DNA of 64,000 bases from the human T2T-CHM13v2.0 reference genome, Homo sapiens. Shown here one piece after another: positions 14,263 to 31,365 of this stretch (its first letter is position 1; every line of letters begins with the position of its first letter). The position numbers were made by a program, and so were the translations under genes. The notes under the pieces were generated by a model. That model ran no database searches, had not been told where the DNA came from, and was given only the letters and a program-made list of their open reading frames with translations. Location: NCBI RefSeq assembly GCF_009914755.1, contig NC_060925.1. One strand, given 5' to 3'.

Positions 14263-14347
14263 TTTGGTACTGACTTTGTGCAATATCTCTTGACTGTTTT
14301 TGAGCCTCCATAACTGTCTTTTAAAAAGACAACTAGGCTCATTCTTT

Positions 14348-14517
14348 TTTCTTTCTTTTTTTTTTTGAGACATGGTCTTGCTCTGTCACCCAGGCTGGAG
14401 TGCTGTGGCACTATCATGGCTCTCTCACTGCAGCCTCGGCTCCCTGGGCCCAGGTGATCCTCCCACTTTAGCCCCCTGAGTACATGGGACTACAGGTATG
14501 TGCCACCATGCCCGGCT
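14348..14517 (-). mobile_element. Alu monomer (FRAM/FAM-type)
   Basis: Right arm only, with 12-bp TSD ggctcattcttt at 14336-14347 and 14519-14530. Confidence 0.85.
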
Positions 14518-14766
14518 TGGCTCATTCTTTAGACTCAAATCAGGCATTATCTCCTATCTCCTCACAGAAGGTCTGTGCCCCACCATGCCAAATTAAGTGT
14601 CCCTCCTTTGTCGTCTCATAGTGCCACTCCCTATGGCCTCATGTGCCTCTGTTATTGTTTTTATACCCAGCACAGCTTACTAAGTTATTCACAATTTAAA
14701 GAGGAGTTGTAGTGCCAGCTGTCATCTACATCATGAAGTCATGCCCGTTTTTTTAAAAAAAATCTT

Positions 14767-15597
<831 letters not shown>

Positions 15598-16044
15598 TAA
15601 ACAAATTTTAAATCACAACTTTCATACAGATATAAAATGAACACGTCAAAAACTGCATTTGATCCATTAATTAATGAGGGTTCCAGTAACATATTCCAGC
15701 TGATTTCAAAGGAAAATTCAAAGTATCACGCTTATATAGGTCAACCAGGAATTTTGAAATGAATTTACAAATAGTCATAAAACTGGTTTATCCACAGGGC
15801 ACTAATCAATTGCATTCCAGTAGACACAACTAATTAGCATTTATTTGGGCAAAAATAATCTGCATTATTATCAGTTTCTCCAACTTAAAGAGTTGTAAAA
15901 TAGCTCATAGACAATGTAAGGCAGAGATAACCCTGATGGGTAAATTAGACCGGACACTCAATAATCTTTTTTGGTCCATTTTAAAGTCTTTCCTGACAAT
16001 TTTTCCTGAGACTTCCTTGACCTATCTTCAGCATTTCACACTAA

Positions 16045-16456
<412 letters not shown>

Positions 16457-16730
16457 GTCTATCTCTTAAATATAAATATTTTCCAGTGTTTTCTCCTGGG
16501 CTCTCTCTCCTTGTACTCACACTTTTGAGGGTAATCTCATCTATTTTTTTGTCTTCAAACCACCGAAATCATGCTGATAACTCTTAAACTTCTATCTCCA
16601 GCACAGCTTCCTTCTGAGCTCAGAACCACATTTAATTTTTTTATATCCCTGCAGTACCTCAAAACAACATGCCTTACCTACAAAACACACTTTTTCTTCC
16701 CTGGGGTGGTATGACCTTTTACCCAGGTCC

Positions 16731-17900
<1,170 letters not shown>

Positions 17901-18449
17901 TTCAATGTTCTCCTTCTACACAGTTCCTGAGAATGTCTAAATCTCCTGAGGAGGCTTCACCCAAAGACCCTCAACCGTATATGGTATCTTAGGGGAGACC
18001 AGGAATTGCAAGAAGGGTATAATCGTAGGTGGAGGAGACAAACCTGCGATGTGTTGGTGATTCGAGAGGCTAGGTTCTTCTTTTAAAACTCATTCATTCA
18101 TGCATTCGGTACTGGACACCGTGCTAAGTCTCTGGGGTATGGACAGAAGTAAATTATGGTTTCTGTCCTTTAGGAATGTGTAGTCCAATAGCAGAGACGT
18201 ACCTGTATGCAAATAACTATAAACGTGATGTCATCGCTAAATACTAGGAGTCTGAACAAAGTGCTATCTTAGCAGGAAGAGGAAGCGATTACTTCTGATG
18301 GTCGAATTCAAAGTGAGGAGACTGTAACTTCCGAGAAGGATGAGAAGGGCAGCCGGCTTTTTCTCATGAAGAAAGGCATCCCGGGCAAAGGCACCGAGCT
18401 CTTGGTGTGGTTCTCCTGGGATAAGCCCACAGTCACAAACTTGTGCAGG

Positions 18450-18880
18450 AATGGGGGTACCGGGAAGCAGCCCGGTGTTCCAAGCCTTTTGAGATTCTCC
18501 GGACCTGCGCGCCGCCCGCTCGGCAGGGGGCTCGGCAGGCGCGGGCGGCGGGTGGGGGCGGGAGGCTCTGCCCGCTCGGTGGCTGCCGCGGCCTCCTCCG
18601 CGCTGCTCTCCACGCCTGGCTTATTATGCACGAGGCAGGCAATTTGCCTTCCTCCCCGGGGACCCATCTCGGAGACAAGAAGGTAGTTTGTTCTCTGTAA
18701 TGGCTTCTGCTGGAGTGCGGCGGGGCCCAGGCGCGAGCGGGGGCACGGGCGGGGAGTTGGCAGCGAAGGATGCGCCCGGCGCCCCCCGGCGGCCGCCCGG
18801 AGCCCGAGGTCGGCGCGGGAGGAGCGCTGACTCCGCGGGCCGAGCCCTCCCCTGCCCTCCTCTGCTCCTCCGTAACTCCT
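18450..18880. promoter_or_regulatory. CpG island (orphan promoter/enhancer)
   Basis: Very GC- and CpG-rich stretch with GC boxes (gggggcggg, gggcgggg) surrounding an AT-richer core. Confidence 0.85.
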
Positions 18881-19379
18881 GAGCTGTGGCCTGCCTTTCT
18901 GCTGCCTCCACGTCCCTACTCTTCCTTTCTGCCACCCCGTTTGCTTCTTAAAGGTTGTCCTTTGTTTCTGCCATTTCCCCTGTCTTTCAGCTTCATATTC
19001 GTTGGGTGCCCCCATCCATTTCTCCACATCACTCTCTTCTTAGTGCTGGGGACCTGGGGGTGAGGAAGGAGGCAGGAGGGATACAGGGATGACTAAAATA
19101 GGCATCTCTTCCTTCACGGAACTCAGCCTGGCGGAAACTTAGCTGGCTCCCTGCCTGTCCTAGGCCATCTCTCCTTTTCCTTCTTGTCTCTTCATCGTCT
19201 GTTTCTCAGTCGACCCTGGCCTCTGTCCCTATGCCCACAGAAAGACACCCCCATCACCCCTCCCATCGTTTCCGGGTGATGAAGATTGTCTGAGACAGAT
19301 TCCTAGAATGAACAACCTTGTCTCCTGAGGTCTCGCCCGTTGCCTCCTCATTCACCAGAAATGTTTCCTTCCCTGAAGC

Positions 19380-19414
19380 AGAGAGAGAGAGAGAGAGACA
19401 GAGAGAGACAGAGA
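19380..19414 (+). repeat. (GA)n/(GACA) microsatellite
   Basis: agagagagagagagagagacagagagagacagaga. Confidence 0.9.
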
Positions 19415-19573
19415 TCCAAAGACAGCCAAGCCGGGCCAACATCTTCTGGGGAGTTCTTTGGAGTGTGGGGTGACTGATGCATCCAGTTGGCCGGTTGACT
19501 ATCTTCCCAACTGTAAGATTCCCAGAATGGCTCAGAAAGAAGCTGAGGAGTGCACACAAACATTTAAAAAATT

Positions 19574-20212
<639 letters not shown>

Positions 20213-22450
20213 GAACTGAGGATACCTGGCCTGTCTCCCAGGGGTCCTGTGTAGAATTATTCCCAGCTCTCACCCCCACCCATACCCTCACCATAACACC
20301 AGGCCATGGATGATGTGTCCGTGCAGATGTCTGTATAGAGGTGTATGAGCACTGAACGGAGTGAGTGGTGGCATGCCATTTACATACAGATGACTGAGCT
20401 GTGGGCCCTTGGTTACTTACCTCATCTCTCGAGTCTCAGTTCTCTTTTCTGTAAAATAAGGAGGTTGTATTCCATGGACTCAGAAGTCTACAACTGTGTT
20501 AATCTATGACTATGTTAGGGGTAGAGACCAAGGAGAATATCCCAACAAGAGAGTGTCCTCTGTGTCTTTGTGGACTTAGGAAGGTTCTCTATAGAAGAGA
20601 GTGGCTGAGTAGGCCGGGGGTAGGAAAGGAAAAGGAGCAGGTAAGGCTTGGGGTAGGTGTGTATCTAACAGATCTGGGCAAGAGGGGTTGGGCTGGAATG
20701 TCAGGGGAGCCACAAGAAGAATATGGAGACTGGGCTGGGCGTTGATGTCCAGAGCTTCAGGACACCCCAGAGGTGACATGCTCAATGCGGAAGAAGTCGA
20801 AAGGCTCTCAGGGAGCAAGGAGCTGGGAGGGAGTGTCAGGCAGAATCAGAAGGACCTGTGCTGGTTGGAAGAAAGACATCTGAGGAGCAGTGACCAGGCC
20901 AAGACTTGACCAGGGACCACTAGACCAGGAGCCTCCGGGACACATGGCTTTCAATGTAGGGAAGAGCTGTATTGTGGGGGACCTTGTCCTCCTGTGCTGA
21001 ATCTCCTCCAAACCTGTTGACATGTGAGGACCCTGTTCCTTGAGGTTTGCTGGAATTTTCAATAGTACAGGGGGTGTCCTCCAAAGAACTTGTGGGTTTA
21101 TCCTCAAGGTATCCATGTCCTTTATCCCTTTTTAGGAGTGCAAAAGTGGCTCCTCACTGAAAGGCCGGCAGTCCCCAGGTATGTAGGTTTGGGTGGGGGC
21201 ACGTGTGTGCACAGTGACATCTGTGTTAGCGAATGGGCATATGTGTGGACTCGGCTGTGCCTGGATGGGAATTTGTGGGTGGGGGCCTGTGCAGGAATGG
21301 AGTTGCTGCTGAGGCTGAGTGGGGCTTGGGAACACCTGTGAAAGCTCAGCCCTTAGCTCTGGGGAAAGAGGGAGGAGCCAAGAGAAGACACAGGACCACA
21401 GCGAGAGAAGTGTTTCAAAGGGAGCCGGCCCAGGCAAGAGAGGAGAACGAATGGGCCCGACAAGGAGCTAGAATCTTTCCTCAGTTACAGATCTTAACGA
21501 GAACAAAGGAGCAGGGAGGAGGCACGGCAGAGAGGGAGAGAGAGGAGGGTGAGCAGAAGCCAAATGGAGAAGGAGGACAGAGTGGGGAGGGAGAGCAGGA
21601 AGGACAGGGCCAGAGGAGATTGGTCCAAGGAGAGGCCTGGTCAGTTCAGCTGTGGTTGTGAACCTGGTCTGTGCTGGGGGGGGCCTGCAGCTGGGGAAGG
21701 AGGAACCCATCCCTGCCCTTATGTCCAGGGGTTCTGTAGGGAACCGCATACAACCCCAGGTAATTTCACCATGAGCTGAAGGTCGGTGTGTGGGGTTGTG
21801 AGAGCAGAGATGTGTTGCTAATCTTGCCTGGGGTTTCAGAGAAAGCCGGAGGGGAGGATGAGCGAGAGACTGAGATACATTATATAGATATAGTGAGAGA
21901 GGGAGTCTGGCAGGGAGCAATCTATTTTGAGGGACTAGAAGAGGCCAAGCTCTGGGCTAAAGAAAATGGCCCAAGAGATAAGTATTGATCACAAAGCCTC
22001 CTCACTGAAGCTCTCCCTGACCCCCTCAGTGGATGACATCAATCACTCCTGCCTTGGTGGCTCCTCCCAGAGGACTCTTACATATTCAGCTCTTCTTTTT
22101 GATGATACAGACTAAATTATGTCATGCCCAGTGCCAGGCATTCCGTTGGTGCTTAACAGATGCTCCATGAATAAATGAGTAAATGAAGTAGTATGCCTTG
22201 CACCCAGGAAGAGCCCTCCCTCCAAGGAAGATGGTATTTTTTCCACTTAATTGATGAGGAAGCTGAGGCTGTCCTTCAGCTTTGGGAGGATTTAAAACTA
22301 AAACCTTAGCATCCCTGGGCTCCTGGAACAGTCTGTTTTTCTAAAAAAAAAAAAAAAAAAAAAGCTGAATATGCTTATAGGCTTGATTTATTTTTATTAG
22401 CTTCTATGTTGGTCAACATAAAATAATTATAAATTAAAAATTACTGTGAA

Positions 22451-22765
22451 GGCCTGGCACAGTGGCTCACGCCTGTAATCCCAGCACTTTGGGAGGCCGA
22501 AGCGGGCGGATCACCTGAGGTCAGGAGTTGGAGACCAGCTTGGCCAACATGGTGAAACCTCATCTCTACTAAAAATACAAAAATTAGCCAGGCGTGGTGC
22601 CACGCGACTGTAATCCTAACTACTCTGGAGGCTGAGGCAGGAGAATCACTTGAGTCCAGGAGGCAGAGGTTGCAGTGAGCCAAGATCCACCACTGCACTC
22701 CAGCCTGGGTGACAGAGTGAGACTCTGTCTCAAAAAAAAAAAAAAAAAAAAAGAAAGAAAAAAAA
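22451..22765 (+). mobile_element. AluSx-like
   Basis: Full dimer. TSD aaaaattac(t/a)gtgaa. Confidence 0.93.
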
Positions 22766-23834
22766 TTACAGTGAAAATTACTACCATTTAAATTTCTGTT
22801 TTAAAAGGTAGATTTGGAGGCTGTATATACCATCTTTCAGGTTTTCGCCCAGGAACATTTTTAAAAAATCTTACAAGGCAACAATAACAAAAATGGGGAG
22901 GATCAGGGAGAAGAGAGTAGGAGTGGAAAGAGTCTGGGCAGGAATCTAGGGCATGAGAGAAACCCGGTGAGAAACTAGAATTCTGTCAGCTCCTAGATCA
23001 GAACCAGGAGCGGGGTTGGTCTCCTCCACCCTCTGCACTGCTTCTCCCCCAGGGGGAGCTGCAGAGAATCCCGTGCCGGGGCAGCGCAGCCCTGAGTGGT
23101 CTGTTTCTGGTTCTGGCTTCCCACAAAGCAAACAATTTTGAACCAGGCACCAGCGCCCCCTGCATCTGTCATCCTTTAAGGGAGCCACTACTCAGTCCTG
23201 AGAAGTGTTTGTGCCTCAGTTAGAGCTCGCCCCAGTTCTTCCCGGCTCCTTAGTCTGCCCCAGCTTGCTGCCAGCTTGGCCCAGCCCCTCCCCTCTCGCA
23301 GTTCAGCACCCGCTGCCTTCCATATCCCCCACCCCCAGCCCCAACACACGCAGTCTGGAGGTTGCCATACTAGGAGAAGGGTAAGGCAGGGCACAATTTG
23401 TCTTCGTGTAATTATCTGTCAGGTACAGCTTGTGAAACCTCAGCCACCTCCCTGCAACCATGCAGGAAAATAAATTACACACGAGCACGCAGAGACACGG
23501 CGGCACCATCTTCCCCTGGGCCCCCAGCGAGCTTGGGGGAAAAAATTCTGCTCAGCCGAGCCCAGGGTGCTGATACCTGCACTGGAGTCGGCCACCCATC
23601 TTCCCCTCTTCGAGACCCTGCCGCTGAAGCTTTCATCTTTCAGCGTGTTCCTTGCTGTGGAGGAGGGGAAGTCCATCTGGCTTCTAAGAAGTCATGAATG
23701 CCCAGAGAGAAAGAAAACAAACCCTTGGCTATTTCTGATTAGAGTTGTTGGAGGTGGGAGAGAGGCCTTAGGATTGCCTATAATTTCTAAAATGGACTGT
23801 AATGCAGCTACACATGCAATATACTGAGTCCCTG

Positions 23835-24060
23835 CTCTGTGATAGTGATAGTGATGACAGCCACTTTTTAGGAGCCAGCCTGTGGGTCCCAGGCACCACG
23901 CTGAGCGCTTTACACATGCTTTCTTGTTGGACCCACACAATAAAACCCTGTGGAATGGATGTTTATCCTCATTGTGGTGATGAGGACTTGGAGGCTCAGA
24001 GACGTCGACTGACTTGCTCCCAGTCACACAGCTGGTTGTACCTAACTCGCAGTCCAATTT
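23835..24060 (-). mobile_element. MIR
   Basis: MIR core gatgaggacttggaggctcagaga...gacttgctcccagtcacacagc. Confidence 0.7.
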
Positions 24061-24382
24061 TTCACCATTAGCAGATGGGGCTCTATGGGGGAGTGGTGGG
24101 GGGTGGAGGTGGTGGTGAATGGGAGGCGGGGCCCTTGACTGCAGAGTGGGAGGGGGTGGGCTGGGGTAGCTGTTGCTCACTTCCTTGTGAGCTTCAGTTT
24201 CTTCTCTTGAGATCTTTTTGGATCTTTGTGAGAATTAAACGAAATAACAACTCTTGGTACTTATTGGAGCTCAATAAATTAGGTGACTCATCCTTCAGAC
24301 CTCCGTTGCCCCACTGCACAGAGAGGAGCTTGGTGCTGGGAGCTTGGTTGGTCCCTGAGGACTCAGAGGAGCATTTTGGGTT

Positions 24383-24855
24383 AGGGGGTCCTGACTTTTT
24401 CTGTGTCCAGGCCCCCTTTGGCAGTCTGGTGAAGCCTGTGGACTCCTTACAGTGTTTCCAAATACAGAAGCTGAAATATATAGGATTACAAAGGAAGCCA
24501 ATCTTACTGAAATACGTTATTGAAAGCATCAAAAAACAAATTTGTGACATAGTAATCTACTGCCTTCTTTAATAATGCATTCAATAACCAGATCTAGTGG
24601 CAGACCTAATAACTACTATAATTTCCAAGTTGTGATGAGTATAAACAATATTTCAAGAGACTACAACAACTGATAGAATATGGAAACATTTTGATTTCTA
24701 TTAGTGACAGAGACACAGGTATTGCTAATACTATTGGGGCTTGTAATAAACATCTACTAAGTTCACTCAGAGGTTAGTGAAAATCTAGTCATCCTCCCAT
24801 CCAAGTACTAAGAACCCTCAAAACGTATCCATGGATCCCAGGTTAAGAGTAGAAG
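24383..24855 (+). mobile_element. hAT-Charlie DNA transposon (Charlie4a/MER80-like)
   Basis: ccctttggcagtctggtgaagcctgtggac...ataggattacaaaggaagccaat ... ggatcccaggttaaga matches the recalled consensus. Confidence 0.75.
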
Positions 24856-26264
24856 TAACTGGTTGAAATCCATGTTAATGTAAATTTTTAAAGTACAAGC
24901 TAGAGGTATTTTTTAAAGGAATAGATAATTGGGGAGATCAAGTAAAGCCTTTCTTCAGACAGAGGGGATTTGACAGTATGAGTGCCTACCTTTTGCTTTG
25001 TTCTACCCCAAAGAGATTTTTGGAATATACAGGGCATTTTTATGGACCTGGGACCATTTTTATGGACCAGGCTGGTGAACTGTTCAAGAGCCCTAAGGGG
25101 TAAGCATTGGAAGCAGGGCTCAAACCCTTCAGTGCCCCTGACCCCGATCCTCTGTGAGCTCTGCCTCCCTGGGCAGGGTGTCTCAGGTCCCCCTCTTCCT
25201 CTGCCCACACGGTTGAGCCCTGCTCCCCTACTCCTGCACGCTGTGCGGTTCCTCCTGTGTGGCTCACTGTGACACAGCTGTGAGGAAACCTTGCTTGAGA
25301 TATTTGTCTGGGTGGCAGTGGGGAGCCAGCCTCAGAGGAGCTGTGGCAGCCCCTTCAAGCTGCAGAGAAAGGCAGGGTTACCATTCATTTGGGACCAAAA
25401 AAACAGTGGCATTTACTGGGGATGAGGGAGTGGGGGTCAGAGGCCCTCTTGGTTCTCCTCTGGCAGATTGGGTAAATTGGGTTGAACAAAGCCACTCCCG
25501 CAGTTCAGCACCTGCTGCCTTCCAGCTGTGCTTCCAGTGACCAGAGCTGCCCACATGATCTCACTGGGAATTGAGGTGGTGTCTTCTGGGGTCAGACAGT
25601 GGAAAGAATGCAAACCTTAGACTCAGCAGATCTGGCTGCACCTCTGACTTGCTTTGAAACCTTCAGCAGGTTACTTTACTTCTCTCAGCCTGTTCTTGTA
25701 GAAAGAAGACTAGCTTCCTCTCAGTATTCTTAGGAGGACTTGGGATAATGTAGGTAAAATCATTTTTAAACTCTAAAGTGTTAAATAGGCACTCATTAAC
25801 AGGAAAGTACAATTTTTCCCAAATCACATTTGTATGGCTGTCTTCTAGAACCATTTCACTCAGATTGAGCATTAATTGAATCAAGGAGACCAACTAAACT
25901 CCAAGGAACATGCTCTTGCTAAATCACTGCTCCTTTCTGAACCCAAGCCAGGCATATTGTTTTTTCTGCATATATTAAAAAGGATCTACCGATGTATGAA
26001 AAGGATGTAACTATTTAGCTTTTGCTGCCTGAGACAGTTACAGTAAGAAATACTGAAGGGCACTTTAGACTTCACAAAGATCCTTTCTGTCTCTTTCCTT
26101 AGCTCCTTACAATCCTATGAGATGTGTGTATTTCTTTTTTCCTCTCCATTTTACACAGGAGGAAACTGAAGCTCACTTACACAGGGAATTAGTGACCAGG
26201 TCAGTCTAGGAGTCCATCTTCTGACTCCTTCCAGTATCTAATTAGAATTAAGACAGACTCATTC

Positions 26265-26577
<313 letters not shown>

Positions 26578-27349
26578 TCATTCGGGAGATTCGGGGGGTG
26601 GAGGTAGCAGTGTTTAAAAAAAAAAAAAAGCCTAGGCAGGCATTACAATATGAAAATCATTCTTGCTTAAAGGAAGACTGGTAACTGGGACTCTGCATGG
26701 ATGTGTCCCCTATTCCCCTATTCTTGGTGTTTATCATCCCCATGGCCGGGTCAGCTGCCCCTGTTTACTCATGGTTGGAAAATGTCACAGCTCCTAAAAC
26801 AGCTGTTTAAGGGACACATCATCTGAAGCGACTTTTCCTGTTCTGGAAGTGCCCATTTTAAAAGCTTAATTTGGTTTTTGTCCTGAGCCCACTCTGCTGT
26901 TCTATTTGTGTGGGGTTTCTGCCCTCAGGTGGTGAGAGAGGTGAGCTACAGGTGCGCTAACAGGTTCTGGGAACTCAGCTGTTGCCGATGGGCACCTTAC
27001 TGTGATGTGTCTAGTTGGACTTGTCACTCACTGTGTGGTGCTCTTGACACAGGGGTCTTCCCCAGGTACAGATGGGACCTTGTGTACCCAGATCTTGGCT
27101 TCCGGCAGGAAAGCATCTTTGTACTCCACAAAGTTTTGTTTCCCAGACACTAGATCTTGACTGAATGCCAGAGAAAGCCAAGAACTGCTCTGAGCTGATG
27201 TTGGAGAAAGCAGTGTTTCAAAAACCTTGCCTAGGCATTTTATATGAGGTGTCTTTTTAAAGCCTCAACTATCCTGTGAAGTAAGTGTTGTGTCCATTTT
27301 ACAGATAGAGATGGATAAGATAAGGAAATTTAAACTAAAGAGTTTAAAT

Positions 27350-28030
<681 letters not shown>

Positions 28031-28580
28031 GCTTAGGTAATTTGCTGTGGATGCACAGCTGGTATGAATGAAGGGTGGAGCCAGCATTCCACTCCCAGTT
28101 TCTCTGAAACACACCTCCACACTCAGGCCTCCCCCACTTACCCCTGGGCACCAGAGGCCTGTGTAAAGTGAGAGTGAAGTTCCGGGTGGGCCAAGGAGCT
28201 TCTGGCTCTGGCACTCCATGAGTCTGTCTGGATGATGGCAGCTCTGGGCAGTGCTGATTCTATGGCTGCTGCCCCTGCCCACTTAGGGAATCCACAGTTT
28301 TTGAGCTTCAGTGGGCTGGAACAGTTAGAGAGCATCTCGCAATCGCTTGAGAAGACAGCTCTGTGACTCCCAAACTTTTCTAGGTTTCTCACCCCACCCC
28401 CAATTTGTGGCATCACCTGTTTCAGCTACTGACCCAGCCAGCTGATGCTCCAAGTTAGGAAGATGGGAGTCAGCAAAGGTCCTTATTGGTATCGCCTGCT
28501 TTTTGACAAAGTTCTGAAGATGGACCCCTTTGAGTTCAACTTCTACCTCTCCACACACACTCTTAAAAAACTGTTGAACA

Positions 28581-28895
28581 GGCTGGGCGCCATGTCTCAT
28601 TCTTGTAATCCCAGCACTTTGGGGGACAAGGTGGGTGGATCTCCTGAGATCAGGAGTTCAAGACCAGCCTGGCCAACATGGCAAAACCCCATTGTACTAA
28701 AAATACAAAAATTAACCAGGCGTTTTGGTGCACGCCTGTAATCCCAGCTACTTGGGAGGCTGAGGCATTAGAATCACTGGAACCCAGGAGGCGGAGGTTG
28801 CGTGAGCCCAGATGGCACCACTGTACTCCAGCCCGGGCAACAGAGTGAGACTCTGTCTCAAAAAACAAAAACAAAACAAAACAAAAAACAAAAAA
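28581..28895 (+). mobile_element. AluS with (CAAAA)n tail
   Basis: Full dimer. Confidence 0.92.
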
Positions 28896-30384
28896 CTGAG
28901 CAGAGAAATATTTACAAAAGGGCAGTTCAGGTGGAAAATATAAACAGGCAAAGTCAGAGAAACAGGAAAGAACCAGGAACTATGGAACATTTTATGATAA
29001 AACTATAGCATTTTAACTTATCTTCTTGACTTAATTTCTCCCTATTTCTTACCAAAGGGTAATTAGGGAACTTTGGAAAGTTTTTGATAAAACTTTGGAA
29101 ACCTTTATGATAAAACTATAGCATTGTAGCCTATCTTCTTAATTTTTCCCTATTCCTATTCATCAACCATGCCAGATTAACCTTGAGTGTTTATTTCATG
29201 TGTCACTTTCCTTCCCTGGCTCCCTCTAGCTTGAAATTGAACACCTTAGCCTGATATTCAAGGTCTCTACCATGGGCGAGTGCTATTTTCTCACCTGACT
29301 CCCCATTGTTTCCCTGCATGCGTCATGCAGCTGGCTCACTGCCCCCCTGTCATGCCTCATGAACTCCCTTCCACTCTTAAGTCTATGCTAGCTGTTTCCC
29401 TAACATTGCAGCTGCTTCTGGATGCTTTCCCTAGCCCACAAGGACCCTTCAGGCTTTAGAATGCCAACACCCCATCCTTGGCCTGTCTCAGAAACCACCT
29501 GTGGCTGCTGTTAGTCCAGGGGAAGCCCTTAGCCACATCTGGAACTAAAGCTCCTCAAAGAAGGGATTAACATCTCATTGCTCTTCACCACCTTCTCTCT
29601 GCCACCCATTGCTCACTGGCTGCTTTATGATGGTCAGTGCTTGTTGACTTGATGCCTACAGGTGCAGGAGCTGGAGCTGCCGACAGACCTCTTGGAGGGT
29701 GTTGGAGAAAAGCCATAGGAGGTAAGGGAGGCAGACACAAGGCACCCCTGGCAGAGCATCTCCCTAAAGAGAATACTATAAATTAATGCCAGCAGCATTT
29801 TATAGCAAAATGATTTCTGATAGAGAAAGAAGAGCTTCCTCGAAGCTGAAAATGTCTTATTCCATGATGAATGCAGGGAGCAGCATGGGAGAGGAAAAGA
29901 ATTCAGGCTCTGCTATGAGCCTTTGAACAGATAACCAGCCTCCCTGATGCTCCGAGCCTCAATTTTCCTTGTATAGGAGGGATAATGCCCTTTTCACAGC
30001 ATAGCTAGGTAGCAAAAAGATACCATATGTTAAGAACCAGTGTATAATTGATGCTCAATATATAACACATGTTTTTAAAATTCTGAAATTTCCAGCCCTG
30101 GAGATCTTCTGGAAAAGAGATTCCCATTATTGTGGATGACTTGATTATAGGCCTTTATGGAGGTGGAGGGAGGGACTGACTATCCAGCTGAGTCCCTTTG
30201 CCTTTGCGGGTGCTACAAGGACCAGGTTTGCTGATGTTTTGCTGCCATCTGATGGCCATAAGCTTACAGTGCAGCCTGGCCGGTTTGTCCTTAAGTCTGA
30301 ATAATAGAAACAGAAGAATGTAGGCGGGGCTTGAGGAGTTTGGGGAGTAACTAAATCCTGGAGGATGGAAGGAAATGGCTTTGA

Positions 30385-30749
<365 letters not shown>

Positions 30750-30949
30750 TGGCCAGGAGTCTTTTAATACATGCACCTAACTAGTAAGTGCAGAAATGCA
30801 CCAGCTGGAAGGAGCCTTAGAGATCTATCCCCATCCCCCCTCCACAGCTCAGTCACCAGTGATTACTGCCCACCAGGGTTCTGTGAGATACAGTCCCACC
30901 TATGTCTCCAGCCTCATAATGCTTTATTTTTGTGTTCAATTTCTGTGTT

Positions 30950-31365
30950 CCAGAACTGCTGACCATCTTTCTATCCCATTGACTGCTCCCTTCACAGGCC
31001 TTGGCCGGTGCTGTCTCTCTGTCCGGGGGGCCTGGCCCTTCTTTTGCCCCTCACCTGTTTCTCATCCACTCACCCTTCAGTTCTCAGCCCAAGCATTACT
31101 TCCTCAGGTAAACTTTCTCCGTCTAGGTCAGATTCCTTTCATATATACTCTCATAAAGCCAGATTCCTTTTTCAGAGCACTTTTCTCCATTTATAATTAA
31201 AAAATCATGTATGCGGTTATTTCGTTAACATCTGTCTCTCTCACTGTGCTGTATGGGCTCTAGGAGAGACAAGATGGGCACCTTTCTGCTATTCTTGTAT
31301 CCCAGCATCCAGGACAGGGTCTGGTACACAGTGAGAGCTCAGTAAATATCTGCTGGGTGAATAGA
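30950..31365 (+). mobile_element. L2 3' end
   Basis: ...gtatcccagcatccaggacagggtctggtacacagtgagagctcagtaaatatctgctgggtgaat. Confidence 0.7.

Noticed and set aside
15600-16030. AT-rich segment that looks like an ancient ERV internal fragment
   Set aside because: I could not assign a family or boundaries with confidence.
18308-19063. Several long ORFs over the CpG island (up to 239 aa)
   Set aside because: Stop-codon depletion from high GC; Arg/Gly/Pro/Ala low-complexity products.
19254-19443. Apparent signal-peptide ORF MLARLGCLWISVSLCLSLSLSA...
   Set aside because: The hydrophobic Leu/Ser run is produced by the (TC)n microsatellite.
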